Below, piece by piece: positions 3,978 to 6,980 of a stretch of 6,980 nt of DNA (its first letter is position 1; each line of letters starts with the position of its first letter). The stretch is from an uncultured Nitrosopumilaceae archaeon (GTDB taxonomy: Archaea > Thermoproteota > Nitrososphaeria > Nitrososphaerales > Nitrosopumilaceae). Both the position numbers and the translations under genes were made by a program. The notes under the pieces were generated by a model. The model was not told the DNA's origin. It did no database searches and was given only the letters and a program-made list of their open reading frames with translations. Location: positions 25,021 to 32,000 of the forward strand of contig CAYYXT010000014.1 in assembly GCA_964475825.1 (NCBI GenBank), given 5' to 3'.

Positions 3978-6900
3978 TTGGTCCATATTAAAAAAGTAGA
4001 GATCTTTGGTTTCAAATCATTTGGATTTAAGAATACTACTGTTCTGTTTGAACCTGGTCTAGTTTCTATCTCTGGTCCTAACGGTTCTGGAAAGAGTAAC
4101 ATCCTTGATGCAATAATTTTTGCTCTAGGTGAAAATAAGCCAAAAATGATGAGAGTTGATAAACTTAGATCTCTATTACATGATATAGAAGGCAATAGAC
4201 ATGGACCTAAAATGGCAAGGTCTAGTGTTCATTTTGATAATTCTGATAGAAAGATTCCAATTGATTCTGATGTGGTGGAAATTACAAGGGAAATGGACGA
4301 TAAAGGTGAGAATACATACTATCTAAACAAAAAACCAACACCCCGAAGTCAAATCTTAGATCTTCTTGATGTTGCCAATGCTGGATTGGGTCAACTAAAT
4401 GCAGTACAACAAGGAACCGTTACAAGAATATCTGAATTCACATCAGAAGAAAAACGAAATACCATTGAAGATTTAATTGGCTTGTCTTATTTTGATGAGA
4501 AAAAAACTGAGGCGATCAAGCAACTAGATGATGCTGATAGAAGATTGGAGATTGCTCTTGCAAAGATGGGTGAAATTAAAAAAAGAATTGATGAACTTGA
4601 AGAGGAGCGAAATCAAAAACTTCGCCACGACGTACTTGAACGAGAACTAAATCGTTACAAAGCAATTGCGGCATCTAATAAACTAAGAGCAATCACAAGT
4701 CAGAAATCTTCAAAGGAAGACACATTTAACAAAATCACCTCTGAAATCAAAAAATTTGATGATGAAAGAATCATGATTAGAAATGAAATCAACGCACTTG
4801 AAAGTGAAAAGTCAGAATTAATGACAGCCGCACATGACTACAGTCAAGCCAAGGCTGCTATTGATTCTGAACTAAGCTCTGCAATGGAACAATACGAAAT
4901 AGACAATAGTGCAATTGTCGCATCCACTAAAAGACTACAACAAATTGCTTTTAGAATTCCTGAAATTAAAAATGAAATCGAAGCAATTGATCTAGCTAGA
5001 AGTGAAATTGAATCTCATATTTTACAATCTAAAGAATCAATCAATGAAACCAACATAAAAAAGAAAAAAATTAACGATGATTTGGAAATACTTGATTCTG
5101 AAAGAAATAAAATTTTGACAGAACAATCCGTAGCAGCATCTAAAAAATCTGAAATTGATAACAAAATAAAATTACTCTCTGATCAACTTAATGAAACTAA
5201 GCTAAAATTATCAAAAGTAGAAAATGAACAGAAAGAATCTCAAATTAAAATCAAATCCAATTCTATCAAGTTATCTGATTTGGAACAAGACATTATTGCA
5301 TTATCTACTTTGAAATTAAGATTGGAATCTATGATAAATAATCACCATGCTTCTATTTCTGAATTAAAATCTAGAATCACTAAACTTAATTCCAAAAAAT
5401 CTAAAACATTAAATGATTTGGAAGAGCTTGATCTAATTTTAGAAAAATCAAGTAAAGCCGCAGCTCAATATGAAACAAAAATCAAAACTGTAAAGGGAAT
5501 AATGCATGAAGATTACACTGTTGCTAAACTAAAAGAAGATTCAGATAAACTTGGTATTGAAGGATTAGTTTATGAAATGATTTCTTGGGATAAACAATAT
5601 GAGCGTTCAGTACTTGCTGTAAGCTCTGATTGGATTAAGGCAATTGTTGTACCAGACTTTGCAACATTACTTGGCATTGCAGAGGTTGCACGTTCAAAAA
5701 ATCTCCCAAAATTAAAAATAATTCCTCTTGATGCAATTCCAAAATTCAAATTAGATTTACCAAAGGAATCCGGTGTAATCGGTGTACTCTCTGACTATGT
5801 GCGTTGCAATCCTTCTCATTCTGCTCTTAAAACATTCCTTTTTGGAAATGTTGTTCTTGCTGACTCTAGAGATTCGGCATATCATATCTCCAAATTAGGC
5901 TATAAAGCAGTAACTCTGGATGGAGAGTATTTTGAGGCTAAAGGAGGCGCTGTAATAATCGATATTAATTCAAAAATTTCAAAATTAACTAAAATCATCT
6001 CTATGAGTACTGATATTGATGGATTGCTTGAATCAATCAGTCTACTTAAAAAATATGTTTTAAAGAAAAAACACTCTCTTAAGAAACTTGAAGATTCTAT
6101 TCAGAGTTATGCCGAGAGATTGTCTCTTTCAGAACAAGGTCTTGCATCAACTGATGAAAATTATTCTAATCTACAATCAAGAATTTCATCTGCAATACAT
6201 ATGAAACAACAACATACTACAAGAATTTCTGAATTACATAGAAGAAATACTAGTTTGCTTGTCGAGATCTCTATTCATGAATCTCATATCGACTCTCTTA
6301 ATGCAAGAATTACTATTGTTGAAGAAAACTATGCCAGTGGGGAACAAACACGTATTGCAAATGAATTGTCTAGAGTGAATGCAAAGAAGTCGGATCTTGA
6401 AAAACTATACACGACAATAATGAATGAATACCGTGATAAAGATTCACAATTAACTACATTACAGACTGAAGAAAATAGAAAAAAATCTCAAATAAAAAGT
6501 CTTTATGATGAAGAATCTTCATTAAACTCACAACGTCAGGAATTAGAAAATAAAATTAAAGAATTAGATATAAAAAAAGAATCTAAAACTGCAATACTTG
6601 TAAAATTGAGAGAAAAAGAACAAGATCTTATCTCTACATCTGGTTCATCCATTGGACAACTTAAAGAATACGATGATAAATTAAAAATTCTTTCTGAAAA
6701 AGACAAAGAATTCACCAAGGAAATTAATTCTTTGGAAAGACAATCTGATTCTTTAACTCGTGATTTACGTGATTTAATTGAAAATGAAACCAAATTACAT
6801 AATCTTCTCTCATCTTTTGGATTTGATAAAAATATGGAGACATTTGATGTTGAATCTATAGTACATGGACTAACTACTGAATTAAACTCTCTTAATGCTC

Positions 6901-6980
6901 TTAATGCCAAAGCTCCTGAAACATATCTTGAAGTATCTTATGGATATCGCTCTATGTCTGTACGTAAAAATTCCCTAGAA
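3978..6980 (+). CDS. smc: SMC chromosome segregation/condensation ATPase, 3'-truncated by the window edge (first 1001 codons)
   Basis: I checked the frame codon by codon: it is open from the stop at 3939-3941 to the window end. It is absent from the ORF track because it has no stop. The N-terminus MVHIKKVEIFGFKSFGFKNTTVLFEPGLVSISGPNGSGKSNILDAIIFALGE is the canonical SMC head, with Walker A GPNGSGKS at 4074-4097. QQGTVTRISEFTSEEKRNTIEDLIGLSYFDEKK is the conserved Q-loop region. Long Glu/Lys/Leu-rich coiled-coil arms flank a hinge starting near 5553 (GIEGLVYEMISWDKQYERSVLAVSSDWIKAIVV...KAVTLDGEYFEAKGGAV). The start is TTG at 3978, the only canonical start between the upstream stop and the conserved head. 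Confidence 0.95.
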   Translation, partial: MVHIKKVEIFGFKSFGFKNTTVLFEPGLVSISGPNGSGKSNILDAIIFALGENKPKMMRVDKLRSLLHDIEGNRHGPKMARSSVHFDNSDRKIPIDSDVVEITREMDDKGENTYYLNKKPTPRSQILDLLDVANAGLGQLNAVQQGTVTRISEFTSEEKRNTIEDLIGLSYFDEKKTEAIKQLDDADRRLEIALAKMGEIKKRIDELEEERNQKLRHDVLERELNRYKAIAASNKLRAITSQKSSKEDTFNKITSEIKKFDDERIMIRNEINALESEKSELMTAAHDYSQAKAAIDSELSSAMEQYEIDNSAIVASTKRLQQIAFRIPEIKNEIEAIDLARSEIESHILQSKESINETNIKKKKINDDLEILDSERNKILTEQSVAASKKSEIDNKIKLLSDQLNETKLKLSKVENEQKESQIKIKSNSIKLSDLEQDIIALSTLKLRLESMINNHHASISELKSRITKLNSKKSKTLNDLEELDLILEKSSKAAAQYETKIKTVKGIMHEDYTVAKLKEDSDKLGIEGLVYEMISWDKQYERSVLAVSSDWIKAIVVPDFATLLGIAEVARSKNLPKLKIIPLDAIPKFKLDLPKESGVIGVLSDYVRCNPSHSALKTFLFGNVVLADSRDSAYHISKLGYKAVTLDGEYFEAKGGAVIIDINSKISKLTKIISMSTDIDGLLESISLLKKYVLKKKHSLKKLEDSIQSYAERLSLSEQGLASTDENYSNLQSRISSAIHMKQQHTTRISELHRRNTSLLVEISIHESHIDSLNARITIVEENYASGEQTRIANELSRVNAKKSDLEKLYTTIMNEYRDKDSQLTTLQTEENRKKSQIKSLYDEESSLNSQRQELENKIKELDIKKESKTAILVKLREKEQDLISTSGSSIGQLKEYDDKLKILSEKDKEFTKEINSLERQSDSLTRDLRDLIENETKLHNLLSSFGFDKNMETFDVESIVHGLTTELNSLNALNAKAPETYLEVSYGYRSMSVRKNSLE

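Noticed and set aside
3938-4195. Track ORF 3938-4195 (-), 85 aa
   Set aside because: It is antisense to the conserved SMC head, including the Walker A region. It is a shadow ORF.
6536-6910. Track ORF 6536-6910 (-), 124 aa
   Set aside because: It is antisense to the SMC coiled coil. Its Ser/Leu/Phe-rich sequence is what the reverse complement of Glu/Lys/Leu codons produces, and it also depends on a TTG start.
1-6980. Defence island, mobile element or other accessory-system interpretation of the window
   Set aside because: There is no transposase or integrase, no terminal inverted or direct repeats flanking a block, no nuclease-, helicase- or methylase-type genes, and no compositional break. 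Every well-supported gene is a housekeeping or transport function.

Overview
This AT-rich segment (about one-third G+C by eye) looks like ordinary archaeal chromosome. The gene content and base composition suggest a mesophilic Nitrososphaerota (Thaumarchaeota, Nitrosopumilus-like) genome; that placement is inference only. Supported genes, left to right: (1) the 3' part of an Alba-domain chromatin/RNA-binding gene, whose visible N-terminal half is a near-perfect 27-bp tandem repeat; (2) a small predicted membrane protein; (3) a LysE/RhtB-family exporter, minus strand; (4) a PAC2/PbaB-like proteasome assembly chaperone, minus strand, ending in an HbYX-type tripeptide; (5) a doubtful 60-codon ORF; (6) inositol-3-phosphate synthase; (7) the first 1001 codons of SMC. 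The supplied ORF track omits Alba and SMC because both run off the window edges; I read them directly from the sequence. I see no transposase, integrase, CRISPR array, toxin-antitoxin pair, defence-type enzyme or tRNA/rRNA gene, so I cannot support a claim of a new multi-gene system. The most unusual item is the Alba domain fused in frame to a recently expanded PQLPSPESE repeat array. Lesser items: a three-copy CTGACA motif with a perfect hairpin in the divergent promoter region, an open frame with no start codon upstream of the 60-codon ORF, heavy reliance on TTG starts, convergent genes sharing a TTAA stop, and a 328-bp spacer holding a hairpin plus T7 element. All family assignments are by-eye motif and alignment recognition and need HMM or BLAST confirmation.
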